From the NCBI RefSeq assembly GCF_009914755.1, contig NC_060945.1: DNA of 64,000 bases; one strand, 5' to 3'. Each line of letters begins with the position of its first letter. Positions within the stretch are counted from its first letter, which is position 1. A program made the position numbers and the translations under genes. The DNA comes from the human T2T-CHM13v2.0 reference genome, Homo sapiens. This document shows, piece by piece, positions 13,938-31,734 of this stretch. The notes under the pieces are model-generated. The model was given only the letters and a program-made list of their open reading frames with translations. It did no database searches and had not been told where the DNA came from.

Positions 13938-15404
13938 CTAAAGAGTGAATTGCAAAACAAAATTGTAGATATGTGGTCAATTGATCGAAACATATAAAAT
14001 TATTTGTATCAAATAAATTAAAAAATAAAAATTAATTAAAAAATATGATTTAATTGCAAGTCATCTGTATATATTCTCACTTTCACTCTAAGTCAGGAAT
14101 GAGAACCTCAGTAAGGAGACAGAGAAACTATAACAACTAAGACATCATTTATAATTTTTACAGTGCACCTTTTTAGTAAAAGTTTCGCCACTTTAATTAG
14201 GCATTTTGGTGGCTACTAAGAAGTTCTTTAAAGCACAACTATGAAAAGCATCCCAAACAAAATATTTATTAACAGCCAATCACTTTATTTAAGGAGATCT
14301 GCTGTAAGTGCCACAAAGGACACTATGGAAAAGACAAATTATTTCACAATATACTTTTTGGAAAAATTAGGAACTCACACATAAAGTAGATTTTAGTTCT
14401 CTTGGGTAGTATTATCTTTTTGGGGCTCAACAAACACCATCCGATTTGAAAAACATTTCAACTGAAATAAGGAAGTCTGTGATATAATTTTTAGTGATAA
14501 TTGCTCATGTTTTCATCTGAGATTTCAAACTAAGAAATATTTTTAATTTTTATGAATATTAATCACAGCAGATCCTAGTAAAGTAAATTTCATAGATTTT
14601 ATTTGCACGTGATTCCTGTGTAATGCAATGATAATACAAACATATAATATCATTATTTAATGACATAAAATTGACAAGTATTTTTCCTGTATTAATTGGG
14701 CAAATCTTTTTGATTAATTTGTTTTTTATATTTATGAAGACATTTAAAGTTTTATGTGTTTTGAAATCACTGGTATAATAGAATATTTCAATCCCAGCTC
14801 GATGCTAGAAATTATCCTGAGAGACTTTTTGTCTGATCCTTTTTATCATCTTTGGGCCCTATATTTAAAGAAAAAAATGTAATCTATCAATGCACCCTTT
14901 TTTCCCCTCCATACACAGGAACATAAATTGCACTGGCGACCATAGGTTACCAACATTCTAGTGTAACAAATGTGTGCAAGGTGTTTGAAAGCAGGGACTG
15001 TGATTTCTATTTCTGCATCCCAAACCCTTAATCTGTAATTATAGGTTCTGAAATATTTATGGAACAGTTTATATTCAAGGATCAAAGTACATTTTATATG
15101 ACTTGGAAATTATTAAAAATAAACTTCAGCTGTTTGGATATTTTTAAAAGGAGTAACTTGTTTTTTTACATATCTTCTAAAACAATTTAATTTTTTAATA
15201 GACAAGAGGATCCAGACAGAATAAGGATTTTACCCAGAACATACTGGGTCGGTTGCAGTTACTCAAGGATCCTGCGGCAGACTTGTTGCCTATCGGCTGG
15301 GTGGTCTACCTGATTGGGAGACCTCAGTCTGTTTCCATTACTTCTTGTCATCTAACTATAACACATCAGTTTAGTTATGTAACTTCTCCTTACCTTAATT
15401 TTCT

Positions 15405-16164
15405 TTTCTTTTCTTTTTTTTTTACATTTTACTTTAAGGTCTGGGATACACATCCAGAATGTGCAGGTTTGTTACATAGGTATACGTGTGCCATGGTGCT
15501 TTGCTGAACCTATTGACCCGCCCTCTAAGTTCCTTCCCCTCACCTCCTAGTCCCCAACAGGCCCTGGTGTGTGTTGTTCCCTGTCCTGTGTCCATGTGTT
15601 CTCATTGTTCAACTCCCACTCATGAGTGAGAACATGCAGTGTTTGGTTTTCTGTTCCTGTGTTAGTCTGCTGAGGATGATGGCTTCCAGCTTCATCCATG
15701 TCCCTGCAAATGACGTGATCTCATTCCCTTTTATGGCTGCATAGTATCCCATGGTGTATATGTGCCACATTTTCTTTATTCAGTCTATCATTGATGATGG
15801 GCATTTGGGTTGGTTCCAAGTCTTTGCTATTGTAAATAGTGCTGCAATAAATACACGTGTGCATATGTCTTTACAGTACAATGATTTAATCCCAGTAAAG
15901 GGATTGCTGGGTCAAATGGTATTTCTGGTTCTATATCCTTGAGGAATTGCCACGCTGTCTTCCACAATGGTTGAACTAATTTACATTCCCACCAACACTG
16001 TAAAAGTGTTCCTAGTTCTTCACAACCTTGCCAGCATCTATTGTTTCTTGACTTTTTAATAATCGCCATTCTGACTGGCATGAGATGGTATCTCATTGTG
16101 GTTTTGATTTGCATTTCTCTAATGATCAGTGATGTTGAGTTTTTTTTTCACATTTGTTGCTTTT
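15405..16164 (-). mobile_element. 5'-truncated L1PA (about PA7-8) with TSD
   Basis: Antisense L1 3'UTR and ORF2 end; T-rich tail; TSD CCTTAATTTTCT at 15393 and 16165. Confidence 0.93.
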
Positions 16165-16253
16165 CCTTAATTTTCTGATTTGTTCAGTGAAGATATTAAT
16201 ATTTCATTCTTCCACTGTCTTGGAGATATATGAGTACTTCAAAAATATGCATG

Positions 16254-16589
<336 letters not shown>

Positions 16590-16737
16590 AAAAATATGCA
16601 TGAATTTACAGAACATAAAGTATTAACCTTAAATTTATGTTTCTAGTGAGATGCTATATTTACAAGTAAACATAAAAATCAGTACCTTCTTTGAGTGTCT
16701 GAGTGCAAGGGTTGGTGACCATTTTTGTTGAGAACAT

Positions 16738-16916
16738 TACTTCTCATACTTTAGTGTGCATCAGAATCTCCTGGAAGATGTGACAAACACACATAGCTGG
16801 CCCCACCCTCATAGTTTCTGATTCAGCAGATATGTGATGAGCCCTGATAATTTGCATTTCTAGCAGGTTCTCAGGTGGTGCTGCTGGACTGGAGGCCACG
16901 CATTGAAAGCCATTGG
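16738..16916. mobile_element. MER5A (hAT-Charlie) element
   Basis: ttctcatactttagtgtgcatcagaatc...tttctgattcag...atttgcatttctagcaggttctcaggtg. Confidence 0.8.
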
Positions 16917-19000
16917 AATAGAATATGGCTTGGAATGGTAGGTAGAGTGTCAGTCACTAAATTTTAGGTAGAGAAGATATTCTTCAGCCATTGGTGTTGC
17001 CTTGAAATCCAAACTACTACCACTAAAAGGCAAGCCTTTGGTAAGTCAGAAGTTGTGGATGACTAATAAGGCACATTCTTTGCCACTGTAAGGCTAAAAA
17101 ATGATGCTTCAAAGAACTTAAATAATGTATCAGTAATAACGTGTTCACAATTTTAAAGAATGCATTCTTATTTAATCAGTTAATCCTGTTATAAAACATA
17201 GTATTAAAGTTGAACAAAGAAAATCATGTGACAGTCTAGTGTATTAATTACTCAATTATGATAACATTTTATTATACAAGGTATTACCTTATGTGGGAGA
17301 CTTCTTGCTTACCAAGGAATAACATGCTTAGACTGTGTAGAATCAGAGCTAGCTATAAGATTTCAGAGACCTGGCATGAGTTAATGACTTAATGTAACCC
17401 TAAAATCAATAGCATCAGCCGTCATATTTTCTGCCTAGTGCGTGAGGTGTCTGCCACACAATCCCCATTAGCTGTAATTGAAGTTGTCCAGCTGATTTCC
17501 CTTCTGCGCAAGAATTCTATAGATCTCCTTCTAAGTGGCAATATATCTTACCTTTAGCACACTTTTCATTTTAAAAAAGAAGTATAAGACCCGAAGATAA
17601 ATTTTAAACAAGAAAAAAGCCATCCTATTTGTCTTGAATTTGCAAGCATTTATCAAAGCAGAATAAATGTAAAACTAAGCTGGAAGTTTAACACAACTGA
17701 AGATATTGATTTAACTAGAGGACTTACATACAGATGATCTGAATAAGCGTCAATTTAGATGGCTTGTCATGTATTGATAGTATGACATATATGTGTTAAT
17801 ATATAAAATAAGTTGCTACACTTTAACACAGTGAAACCATTTTCCTATGACATAAACTGCTATTTCTTCATTTAGTAATTATTCGTTTGGTCAGTAATGC
17901 TAGCAGGTTTAATCCAGCAGACATTAAAGCATTGATATGTTATTAATTTTCAAATATAGAAAATATGCCAGAAAATTTATTTACTAAGTTTCATAATAAA
18001 AACTGTTAACATTTTTGAGTAATTGCTCGATGCCTTACATGGGTTATCTCATTTAAACCTCTCCATAAACCCTAAGTCACTTGCCCAAAGTCTCACCAAT
18101 AAGTGTTAAAGCCAGGATCAAACAAGAGTAGTCTGAACATAGAATCCATGCTCTTCATGACTACCCCATGCTGTACCTAAAAATTAATTACAATTCTAAA
18201 ATCTAGCAGAACTTCCCTTTTTATTTATTGTGTGTACTTGGATTTCATGGCGCTAATAGGAACATTACTCTTAGGTGGCAAGATATTTCAGTGAAGTTAC
18301 TACGTGGGTAAGAGTTTTTTCCTAATGTCACACAGGTCAAGAGCTATTGACACTTCAAATTTATTGCAATATTGACATTAGCACTACAGCAAGTTCAAGT
18401 TACTACATTTCTAATATACAGTGTAAACGATAATATAAAAACCAGAGCCAGGGTTATGCCAGTCTATTAAGTTATTTACTTCCCCTTTGGTTAGCTGTAA
18501 ATTGACTCTAACGAGGCTATGCAGGTTTTCATCAAGAAATTACTTCAGGTTACTGCACGCCTGGATGATATTCTAAATTCAGGGCTGAAATTTAGAGGCC
18601 CACAGACTAAACTGGCCCTCAAGCCCTGTTTTTGTTTGTTTGTTTGTTTTAAGTTTGCATGGGGTTTAAAATAATTGGAAATTTGAAAAGAAACTGCTTT
18701 TAGATAAGGTGCACACTTTCTGGCTCAACCCAGGTCCACTGCTCATTTTAGCTGGCTGCCTCACACATTCAAGTATTATGTCTAGTCTCCAAAAGCATCG
18801 ATTTGTAACCTATTTTCTTAAAAAATAATTTTTGTTTCCAGTGCTCAGGTCTACCCAAGAGGATTACGCAAATAGGCAAAAAGTAACAGTTTTGTAAAAG
18901 AGAAATGAAAGAAGCTTATTTCTTTACTCCCTAATTATTGTTAAGCAATGAAATAACTATAACACCAATGCTTTCTGAAAAGGTACAGTGAGCAGTTTTA

Positions 19001-19153
<153 letters not shown>

Positions 19154-20534
19154 TCAAAATGGAGAATGCAGCCAGCCAGTCAGAAGTGATCAACATGCAT
19201 CCTTGAATGAACTACCATCAGTCCTATTTATTCCAACATTTCACTCTCATTATCAAGTACTGTGTATATATAATGGAACTAAATACTAAACCTTGCACAC
19301 TAAAGCACATAATAAAGCCCATCTGTGGATTGTGCCAAATGGATAACAGGAAAGCTCTTCTTTTTTACCGAAGGGCTAGTAGGAGCGATGGATTAGACTA
19401 GATGGTCTTTGGGCATCTTCTGTGATTTTAAACAGTTACAGGATTGCTCATGGGGGAAAACGCTCCCCAACACAAAGTGTTTCATTCATGGAAATTAGCA
19501 ACAGCTCAGAAATCCAGAAGTGCTTTTCATTTGGCACCTGAGGAGGTGCTCGCTTCTGTATAATAGCATTCAGCTTCTTTGTGGTGCTATGTGAGTGAGC
19601 AGGTGCACATCGAGCAGAGGACAAAGCTCAGATGAACTATGCCCTGGTCTAGGGGCAATCAGCTTGTCATGCATACCCAGGTGAAGAGAAAGGAGGCATT
19701 TAAAAAAATAAAGCAGAGTGTACTTACCTGCTTTTTACAAAATGATTCATCCACTAGAAGTACGAATCTCTGCTGAAATACTAATCCCAAGAGAGATGTG
19801 AAACAAGCAGGTGTCTAGTGCCCCAGAAAAGGTACATGATAAGCACTTTCTAATAATTAGCATTTCTATTTTGTTCCTCAAGAGAGGCAGAACGTTGAAG
19901 AGAAGTTAGTACATTTGACAGCCATTGATGCTGAAAAAATTTATGTGACCTCATTTCTAGCTAAATTTAATTCATGCACTAAAAAGATGAAGGAAGCAAA
20001 AAAAGTGTGTTCGTGCACACGTGCACGTGTGTGTGTAATTAAATGCAAAACAGATATATATGACTCAGTAGTGCATTGGTAAATGTATATCAATTTTCTC
20101 TCCAGAAAAATGAAAGCCCCATGGGCCTTCCTCTCATTTTACTGATGTAAACACTTCCACAATGATCAATTTCAAGGTACCAGCATGGCAGTGAACATGG
20201 AGTAAACATTACTAGATAACTTTTCAAGTTTGACAATGGACTATAAGAAAATGAATTGCAGAGATTAAAATGGAGGAGAAAATTTGGCATCTCACTGTTA
20301 TCCATTCTATGAGGATCAAGGATGGCTTGGCAGACTTTAATTTTACAATAAAAACCAAGGCCACTTCTGCTGCTTGTCAATGATTTAAAATTTGTTTGGC
20401 AGATGATAAAACTGTTTGGTAAAGGAACATTTGAGCAGTGTCTGTTTACTGATTGCCTTGATTTAACCAACTAGTATCACCTCATTTCTTCCTAGTGAAC
20501 AATATGTTCATGGTTTTCCTAGCTAATCAATTAG

Positions 20535-20874
<340 letters not shown>

Positions 20875-22247
20875 AGAAAACTGGGGTTTTATGAAATTAA
20901 GTAGATGGAAGTCATAAAGCAAAGTTCATAAACTACGTGAAACTTACCATCACTCAAGAAATATTTAAACATGATCTAGCTGTTTATTCCTAAATGAAAT
21001 TGATCTCAGATACAGTTTATTTCCTGGCTCCATACCACTCTTAGAGACTTTCTTAAGTCAATCAGACATATATCTTTAGTAACAATAAGTAAACGTAAGC
21101 CACATTTACTCAGCTTTTAAAAAAAATCCAAAAACAAAAAAAACTTCCTATGAAATAAAGAGTTTCAAATTTTGTTATTGGTTAATTTGTTTTTGAAGAG
21201 CCTACACTGTGGTCATAAAATGTCTTTTAGCTTGAAGTCTGAAAAGAGAAAATATCTATCTAGGAATCATTTTTACTGTTTAAATTTGAAGTTTAATAAA
21301 TCATAATATTTTTCAAGAGGGAGAAATATATGAATATACAGTCTTTGACTTCAATATACTTGATGGACAGCAGACATGAGGCATTTTCAGCAATACAGTG
21401 TCATTGCTGTGAAGAACTTTTGTAGGAGTTATCAGAAAAGCATTTGACTTAGAACTTTGTGCTTTCTCTTATAATAGGTAACGACATTTTAAATGTGAGT
21501 ACTTTGATTCTGAGACCCTCTACCTTTCCACAAGATTTTCTGCATTTTCATCTTAAATACATTTAGGACTTTTAAACATCATGGCTATAATTTGTTGTGA
21601 CTGCAGGGATCAGGTTCTCTTATCAGACTACAGAGCCTTTTCTGGTGCTTTATTATTTATGAGTGGTTAAAACTCTGTCCCAGCTAGGGCACTCCTATTA
21701 GAAATTCCACAGCCAATGAGCCTTGTGGTTACATTTAGAGGGTATGAAGTACGAGAATACTTTTCAAAAAAAAGTATGATTATTTTTAATATGTATGATT
21801 TCTGTGTTTGGAAAACATGCAGTTGATGCTGGGGGTGAATGGTGTATCAACTGATGGATACAATGTAAGATTCATGTCAAATCTGAGCCCTCTTGTCAGT
21901 AAGCAGAATTAGCATGTTCAAGTTACAAGAGATTCCATTCTCATTTTAAGAAAATGTTGAGTGTGAGGCCTTCACATTATAAATAAAGATAGTTTTATTA
22001 GTTTGGAAAATGTGACAGGTAATAATTTGGCTTTTGATGAGACTTTATCATGTGCTTTACAAAAATAAATTTTTGTAACCCTAGTTTATATTCATTTTAA
22101 TGAGGCTTTTAAGTTTATCAGAGTGTTTATAATACTAAAACTAGATATTGAGGTTGGGGGACACTTGAATTCCCCGTCAAAAGAATATAGTTTTATAATA
22201 TCTTCTATGCAATCTGAAGAAATTTTTAAAAACTCTACAAATATATA

Positions 22248-22550
<303 letters not shown>

Positions 22551-22609
22551 CTACAAATATAAAAACTCTGCAAGTATATCTTTGAAAGCTCTACAGATAC
22601 ACAACTCTA

Positions 22610-22921
<312 letters not shown>

Positions 22922-22964
22922 TTACAAGCATTTCTAACAAGTTTTAAAAATCAATAACAGTTAA

Positions 22965-23440
<476 letters not shown>

Positions 23441-24101
23441 CTCATTTCTCTTTTATAGTGTAAAAAATGTCTTAGTTCTGGAGGTAATCATTTATATTTT
23501 ATTTTTAAATAAAATTATGGTGCTCAATAGAAAGTGGTGCCAGTTCTCTGAAAATTATGGTAAGGATGATTTTCAGCATCAATTAATAGAAATTTGGGCA
23601 AATGTTCTGAGACTTTTTTATTTTCCCCAATTATCACCATGTTAAAAAAGCTTTTAGGAGATTGTTTTACAGGGCAATTATGGAAGCATTGACATTGGTC
23701 ACTGACTTTTAAAGCCCTTCTTGCATCAATTTACAAGCCAACTGGCACCCTTAAGCACCCACTGCATGTAAGACCTAGGGCAGACACAAAAATGAATAAG
23801 ACACAGTGCTTATCCTTAAGGACAGGGATATACAACTAACCGTAGCAATAGTCTGCTTTTGATAAGTGCTGTAATGCATGTATAAATCAAACCCCATGAA
23901 AACACAGAGATGGCAGCACTTTCTCCTAACCGGGCACTGAAAAAGACTTAGGAATAAAAGTCAGAATTGAGCAGAGCCCTTCATGATAAAATTCACTTTA
24001 TCAGGGGATTTCTTGCACATTTTCCAGGCATTTGGAGGAAGTCCTTCATTTGTCACTCAGATAATATTATCGAATCTCCATTAAAAACTTCATCCTATGA
24101 A

Positions 24102-24429
<328 letters not shown>

Positions 24430-24822
24430 CTATGAATAACTTAATTCTTGCTCACTTTCCCCACAGAACATGTGTTCTTCTCTCAGTTTATGTCTTACTC
24501 TGCTTTTTGGTAGATGAACCTACCTTTCTTTTACATGAAAAATAGAGAGGGCATGCATAATAACATCATCTATTTATCTGAGCTTCTCCTTTGAGTTTAC
24601 TGTTATACAGGGCTCAGAGAGTTTTATTCTACTGGTTCTTTCTGGAAAGTTGAATTTAAACATCCTGATGAAAGAAATTTAATATATTTCTCTCTACTCC
24701 CTAATCCCATTTAAGTTCCAATGATTTATGTAACAAATTATCTAGCTTTTATGAATTAATGCATTGACATTGATAATATTTGAAATCTAGTTTTGAATTA
24801 ATTTTGGCAGATAAGATGACTA

Positions 24823-25089
<267 letters not shown>

Positions 25090-25618
25090 TCATCATGACA
25101 TTTCAGAATATGTTTCTATCCTGAAATGTTCTTTAATTTCTCTGAAGAATCATCCTTTAAAAATATTCTCAAATCTTTATTTTTCTGATCACAACATAAA
25201 GAAAACCCTAATTAGTGCTAATCTCTCTGTTTCACTCCTCTTAAGTTATATGCTGAGCTCTAGTTCTAGATTGTGGTTCTCAACTGTGGTTGTACATTGC
25301 AATCTCGTGAGGTGCTTTTAAATAATGCTGACACCTACTTCCCCTCCTCCCCCGATTCTAATGTACTGGGTCTGGAATAGTCCACCAGACAATTTAAAAA
25401 ATACTTCTAAAATTAAATCTCCAAATTTGTGCTACTATATATAATATATGGCTAGGTTGGAGAACCTCTGCCTTAGGTCACATTTCACTGTGGAAATTGT
25501 GTCCCTGTTAAGGGCTTTTTCAGACAACTGTAGCTAGCAACTGTAGTATAATGGAAGGAAGTTCAGATGCATTTCCCATTTAGAGAGTCATTGAATTCAC
25601 ATATAGTTAAAGTAAACA

Positions 25619-25928
25619 AGCCAGGCGCGGTGGCTCACGCCTGTAATCCCAGCACTTTGGGAGGCCGAGGCGGGCGGATCACAAGGTCAGGGGATCGAGA
25701 CCATCTTGGTTAACACGGTGAAACCCCGTCTCTACTAAAAATACAAAAAATCAGCCGGGCGTGGTGGTGGGCGCCTGTAGTCCCAGCTACTTCGGGGGGC
25801 AGAGGCAGGAGAATGGCGTGAACCCGGGGGGCGGAGCTTGCAGTGAGCCGAGATTGCGCCACTGCACTCCAGCCTGGGAGACAAAGCAAGACTCCGCCTC
25901 AAACAAAAAAAAAAAAAAAAAAAAAAAA
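25619..25928 (+). mobile_element. AluY SINE
   Basis: taacacggtgaaaccccg...gaatggcgtgaacccgg...ggagcttgcag; TSD AAAGTAAACA. Confidence 0.95.
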
Positions 25929-28556
25929 GTAAACAGTATGCCTTATTATAATTTTTATAATCTAACATATAAACTTGAATAATCTCCATATACAATGTTG
26001 GCCATCTATAATAATTGGTAAAGGATAACACTTGTGTTGTAGAACAGATTAAATTGGGTAGTATATTATAATTTGAAAGTGTGCAAGGACTTTTAAATGT
26101 GCTATTGGCCTGCGATTTCTTCACACAAAGGAATTATCAGCTGGAATTAAGCCAGTTAAGCCATATTCACAATGAAGGTAAAATTCAATGGTTGCAATCC
26201 TAGGCAGAGCTATTGATTCAATTCTTAACAGTCGCAAATGCCTCGTTTAATGTGGTATTTAAATATTAAAGTCCAAGTCACTTACAGATGTATAAAGGGC
26301 ATGAAGTTACTTACATCTATCTATCACTTTGTTTTATTTACCAAATTACTATGTTTGGTCAGGTAGCAGTCATCAGTAAAGCCAGTGAGCGTCCAAGCAT
26401 TCAGTAAAGCATCCACTGACAACCACATTGCATTAGAACTTGAAGAAATACACCTAAGTGCTCTGTAGCAACAAAATACTACTTGGTGCCAAGTGCAATA
26501 CCGAGAACTTTTGTATCTCTTCATTTAATCCTCATCATAATTTTACAATGGGAACAAACTAGGCGCTGATTATCTAAATGGTAGGAGGTGACTTTAATTG
26601 GAGCTGTCTGACTTTAGAGCCTGCACTTAACACCAGTGACTGGGGTGCCTCATACAGCTCTGAGTGGGGTGCCATGGGAGGGATTGAGAACTAGAAGGAA
26701 GGACTGGAGATGTGGGGGGCAAGAGGGAGAGATAAGCTCTGCTGTTGCTTTCCCTGCTCCCACATAGGGGAAGTTATCTCTGCTCCTAGTGGTTGGTGGC
26801 AGCTCCTTAAGTGGCTTAGAGACTGGGCCAGGAGGTCATTATGGTGCTGTACAGGCTTGACAAGAGGTCTTCGTGCTTTCTCTTCTCCAGGTCAGAGGAA
26901 TCTGTACTTCAGCCATGCTTGGCATCTTGATAATTTCAGACAGCACCCCACTTCCACTGTACCCTGGGATTCCCGTGTCTACTTTAGCCTATGTAGGGAG
27001 AGTGAACAGAGCCAAATCTCTTCCCTGGTGTTCTGTTTCTGAACTTCTTTCTCTATCACATGTTAAGTATATTTCCTAAAGCTCAACTGGTCAGTTTTCA
27101 CTTGAGTAGCCTGCCTGTTAAGACTGACAGGTAACAAGTAGTTACTTTATTTTAAAAATTGTATGATTTTTTTTTTACTCAACATTTACCTCACACATTC
27201 ACTCAATATTTACAAAAAATTAATCTTACAATTACTATACCGTATGTTTTGTGTTTGGCATTTTATTAAATTTATTTATACATCATATTCTCTGTTATAT
27301 TCATATAACCAATGTATTGTAATAGTATTTATAATTTATAGTGTATGTATATAAATTATCTATATAAATATTACCTATATTAATGAACTATTAATATTTG
27401 CTCACAGTGTATGAGATCATTATATATAAGTTGGAGTTAACAGAGGACATGTCATTATTAAAAATTATAGGATTGTCTCCTCAGGTGTTTTATACATATT
27501 TTATCTTCAGAATTTTTCATATAGAAGTTCAGAGAGGTGCATGCAGTTTATTTGATATAGATTTAAATAAATGTTAAATTAAGGTATTTCAGAGAAAGAG
27601 CATCTAAACTCCCAAATTCTTCTTTGTAAATACTATACTTTATCTGAGAACTAATCAACATAATCACTGATATGAGAGAGCTTGTAGGTAACATAGTTTA
27701 GTAATCATCACTTCCTTTCATTATTTTAAGGACTTGAGTAGAAAACCAATACATGAACCAGGAACGTGCAGATTAAATATACGTGCTTCAAGCTACTCAT
27801 CTAATTTAATACAATTTACAACAATATTAATCTGACACATTCTTGATAATTTCCAAAATTGTTTATTGTGCCACATAGAAAATAGCCTCTCTTTCATGTT
27901 TTTATTACTTCAGTATCTATGAGCAGCACCATGGATAGGAAAAATTCCGCCGCCATGTATCATTTACATCTTTCCTTCAAAGAGAAAGGCTGCTCCACAA
28001 ACCTTTCTGTCATGCACTTAACTTCCCCACCACAAAACCAACACTAGCACAAGCACCACCAGTACTACTCCATCTGGCAGTAATTTTAGAGCTTTTCCTC
28101 GGTGGAAAATGACTGGAGAATACAGAGCTTACAGCCAATAGTTCTTAAGTTCTAGAGCCACTTGAGGAAGTTTCTAAAACTTTAGATTTCTAGTTTCCAT
28201 TTCCAGAAATTCTAATTTGGAAAGTTGGAGTGGCACTCAACAATCTGTACTTTGTAATCACTGTTGGGATACTGAGCAATGCAGAAAACTTCCTAGCTTT
28301 TTTATATACCCAAATCTGAGGGGCAGGTGAAGACAGCCTTCAGAAAATTCATTTTAGATGAAGAGATGGGACTTTTTATGTTTTTAAAATCTGGTCTCAA
28401 AGCATCTCTTTTCTAGTAAAGGAAGGAAGAGCTATAGCGCTGAAGATAGATGGGCATAGGAGAAGGTGAGAACCACCTGGAATAGGAAATCCCCAATCCG
28501 GTGGAGGATAAAGATCGCAAAGATAGGGCATCTTCAGATAGAAGTTGGCTGAATTT

Positions 28557-28851
<295 letters not shown>

Positions 28852-29879
28852 TCACCATCTGTCCTGCACAAGCAAGACATTTATCATAGTAGCAAGAGAA
28901 AGAGAAGCACAGCAGGTTGGAGAGGGCAGAAAAACATACACTCCTGGTCTCTGTAACCCCAAAGATGCTTCTTTGAAAAAAAGATGCTTTTTTCCCATTT
29001 CCTGAGATGCAGAAGCAGCACCAGATAAGATGAACTAGTGGTACCTCAGATATATGTGGCAATGTGCTGATGTGAAAATAACTTCACCACTCTAGGCATC
29101 AGGATGTCCATTTGTAAGTGGGACTTTCAATGCAGTAGAAAGCAAATATGGTAAGACAGCTATGATAGAGCATCACAACAGGCTGAAGGGAAAATAAAAT
29201 CAATGGGAATCCAAAACTGTAAATTAAAACCTTTTTCCTGTTTTACTATTACTAAAGGTGGCACAACAGCAACCTCAACAACTTTGCACCATGCCAACAC
29301 TGATGTTTACACCCAGCACAGCATTTTTGGTCTCTATTTTTATTCTCCTCTGAATGTAATGAGGATTCCTAGATGGCTAGCCAATTCGAATATTTAAGGC
29401 AACTGAAAGTTAGAATGTTTCTGAAACATAGTGTTGTTGCCAGAGAGTACGAAAGTTTTCAAGAATATCGGGCAATTCTGAAAGTACAAAGAAGCCAGAT
29501 TAAATGAAATAACACTGGCGAAGTTTTAGCAAGGTGACTCTCATATAATGATCATTATCATTACCACAGTTAAAAGAAAAGAGTTGTTTATGAAAGGCCA
29601 TGTGTCTGCAATGAAACTCAAAAGAGAAAAGTTAACAGGTGCAAAAGGTAGTTTTATTATAAAAGGAGGGTAGGCAACAAGAATATGTTTAATTTTTCTT
29701 CCTTTTCATGAGTAAGGACAAGAGTGTCATATATGTGAATATTTTTATTTAATTTTAAGTAGAAATCTGTTTTTAAAATATGGGTATATGCTTATTTGTG
29801 TAAGTGTAAGAAACAGAAGTAAGTACAGCAAACCAGAAATAGGCCAAACACTCCTGAGCATAATTTTACTTGGTAGATT

Positions 29880-31050
29880 ATTCCTGAAACTTAAGGAATC
29901 ATCTTTGAACTCTTTTCCTCACTTGACTTCCAGGATTCACCATGCACTTGTGATTTTCCTTTCATTTCACTCTCCGTTCCTCCTCAGTCTTTTTTTCTCC
30001 CCCAGGTCTTTTTTGTTCATCTTAAACTCTAAATTTTAGAATATCCCAGGGGTCTGCCTTCGGCCTTCTCTTTTATATCTACACTGGCCTCATACATAAT
30101 CTTAACCAAGTCATTATTTTAAATACCTATAATATACTGAAAACTTCTAAATTTGTATTTTAATTCTTGACTTCTTCCATACAGTCTAGATTTGTATGTC
30201 CACAGGCTGACATCATTGGCTGATACCAACTTGGATGTCTAATAGGCAGTCCCAAGCTTAATATATAAAAATCAGAACTCTCACTCTCTTTCCAATCTGA
30301 TTTCTTCCTGTTTTCCTCATCTCAGTAAATGATATCAACACTCACTCCATTCTCTTTTCCTTACTCCATATCTGTGATCATTAATAAATGCAGATGACTC
30401 TAACCATCAGAACTTACTAAAAAGATCCAGCCACTTCCTCAGCTTCTTCAGCTATGGTCCTAACTGGTGTCCCTGATTTCACGTTTGCTCCTCCCAGCAG
30501 TCCCATCTTCACACATTAGCCTGATTGGATAAGGTCACTCTTTGGTCCTCCACATGGTCCCTCATCCTATTTACCTATTTAGCCTCCTGAGACCTCTCCA
30601 GGGCTCGATCCATAGTTCCAGTCTCGTCACTGCCGCTCTGCCAATCCCCTTCTGGGCAACAGCAGCAGGGCTTTTTGAGGTGTCTGGAGTAAGTCTACCT
30701 CACTTCTACCCCAGAGCATCAGAGTTTGCTGTTACCTTCAAAGAAATTTGTGTAACATTCTCCTTCATTTCTTTAGATTTTCCTTCCATTTTCAATTGGT
30801 CTGTGACACTTTCTCCAACCACTGTATCGAAAACAACCTTCTTGCTCTTATCATATTTTCTGTTCATACTACTTTTCTTTACTGCATGTATCACTGCTAA
30901 AGTATTTATTTAAATGTTTTTCAGCCTTAACATGTCATATAAACCTTATCAGAGGAAAGATTTTGTTGGTCTGTACAGCACTATCATCTCCAAACTTAGA
31001 AAACTACTTAGCACAGGATAAGTGCTCAGCAAATGTCATCTGATTGAATG
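29880..31050 (+). mobile_element. Degenerate L2 LINE relic (bounds approximate)
   Basis: Pyrimidine-rich L2-like motifs (cttggatgtctaataggca, catctcagtaaatg, ctggtgtccctg) ending gtgctcagcaaatgtcatctgattgaatg. Confidence 0.65.
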
Positions 31051-31734
31051 GATATATAAAAAACAGTAAGCAATCCAAGAGCAGGAAGGAATGAATATTA
31101 CCAGTGGTTCCTCATAACAGCCAGGTAACGGGCAGAGTTGCGTATCAATCCACATAATTTCACTCTCTGTTCTTCCTCAGTCTTCTCCCACCCCACCCAG
31201 CTCTTTTTTCTTTTTAATGTTTAGAGTCTCAAACTCTAAATATTAAAATATTCCTTCTTTGTGTAACAAGTGGTTATGCAAAATAACTAAGAAAAAAGGT
31301 GGCTCAACAATGTGATCCAAGATGATGAATTAATTATCAAAGTAGAGGTAACTTGAGAGATACGATAGAAACTTTTAGGAAATGAAATTTCTGAGTGCAC
31401 TAATAATTATAATGAGATACATGCCAAACAGACATATGTTATTAAATAGTGGTAATAGAATGGTGTCAAGGAAATGGATTGCACGATATAGGTCAAGAGA
31501 GACTTACAGGAAACACAATTTTACAGGGAAACACAAGATTGGAAGTTGATATAACCTCTAATAAAGACATAAATCTAAAAAGTCTTAGTGATACAGTAAG
31601 ATAGTATTAACTTTTAGGAAGATGACTAGCACTCAAACTTGAAATATTTTGGAAAAGGATCCAAGACCTAAGCTCTAACCAAAGTCAATATTACTAACCT
31701 ACCCTTGAAATCTCTACTGTCTATGACTATTTAT

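Noticed and set aside
25619-25928. Three GGAG-to-GGGG changes in an AluY, suggesting a retroposed edited RNA
   Set aside because: Too few sites, a 5'-G context is disfavoured by ADAR, and chance mutation or base-calling error in G runs explains it equally well.
26710-27079. 110-aa and 68-aa ORFs in a GC-richer intronic patch
   Set aside because: No recognisable domain or exon structure; lengths are compatible with chance or an old repeat.
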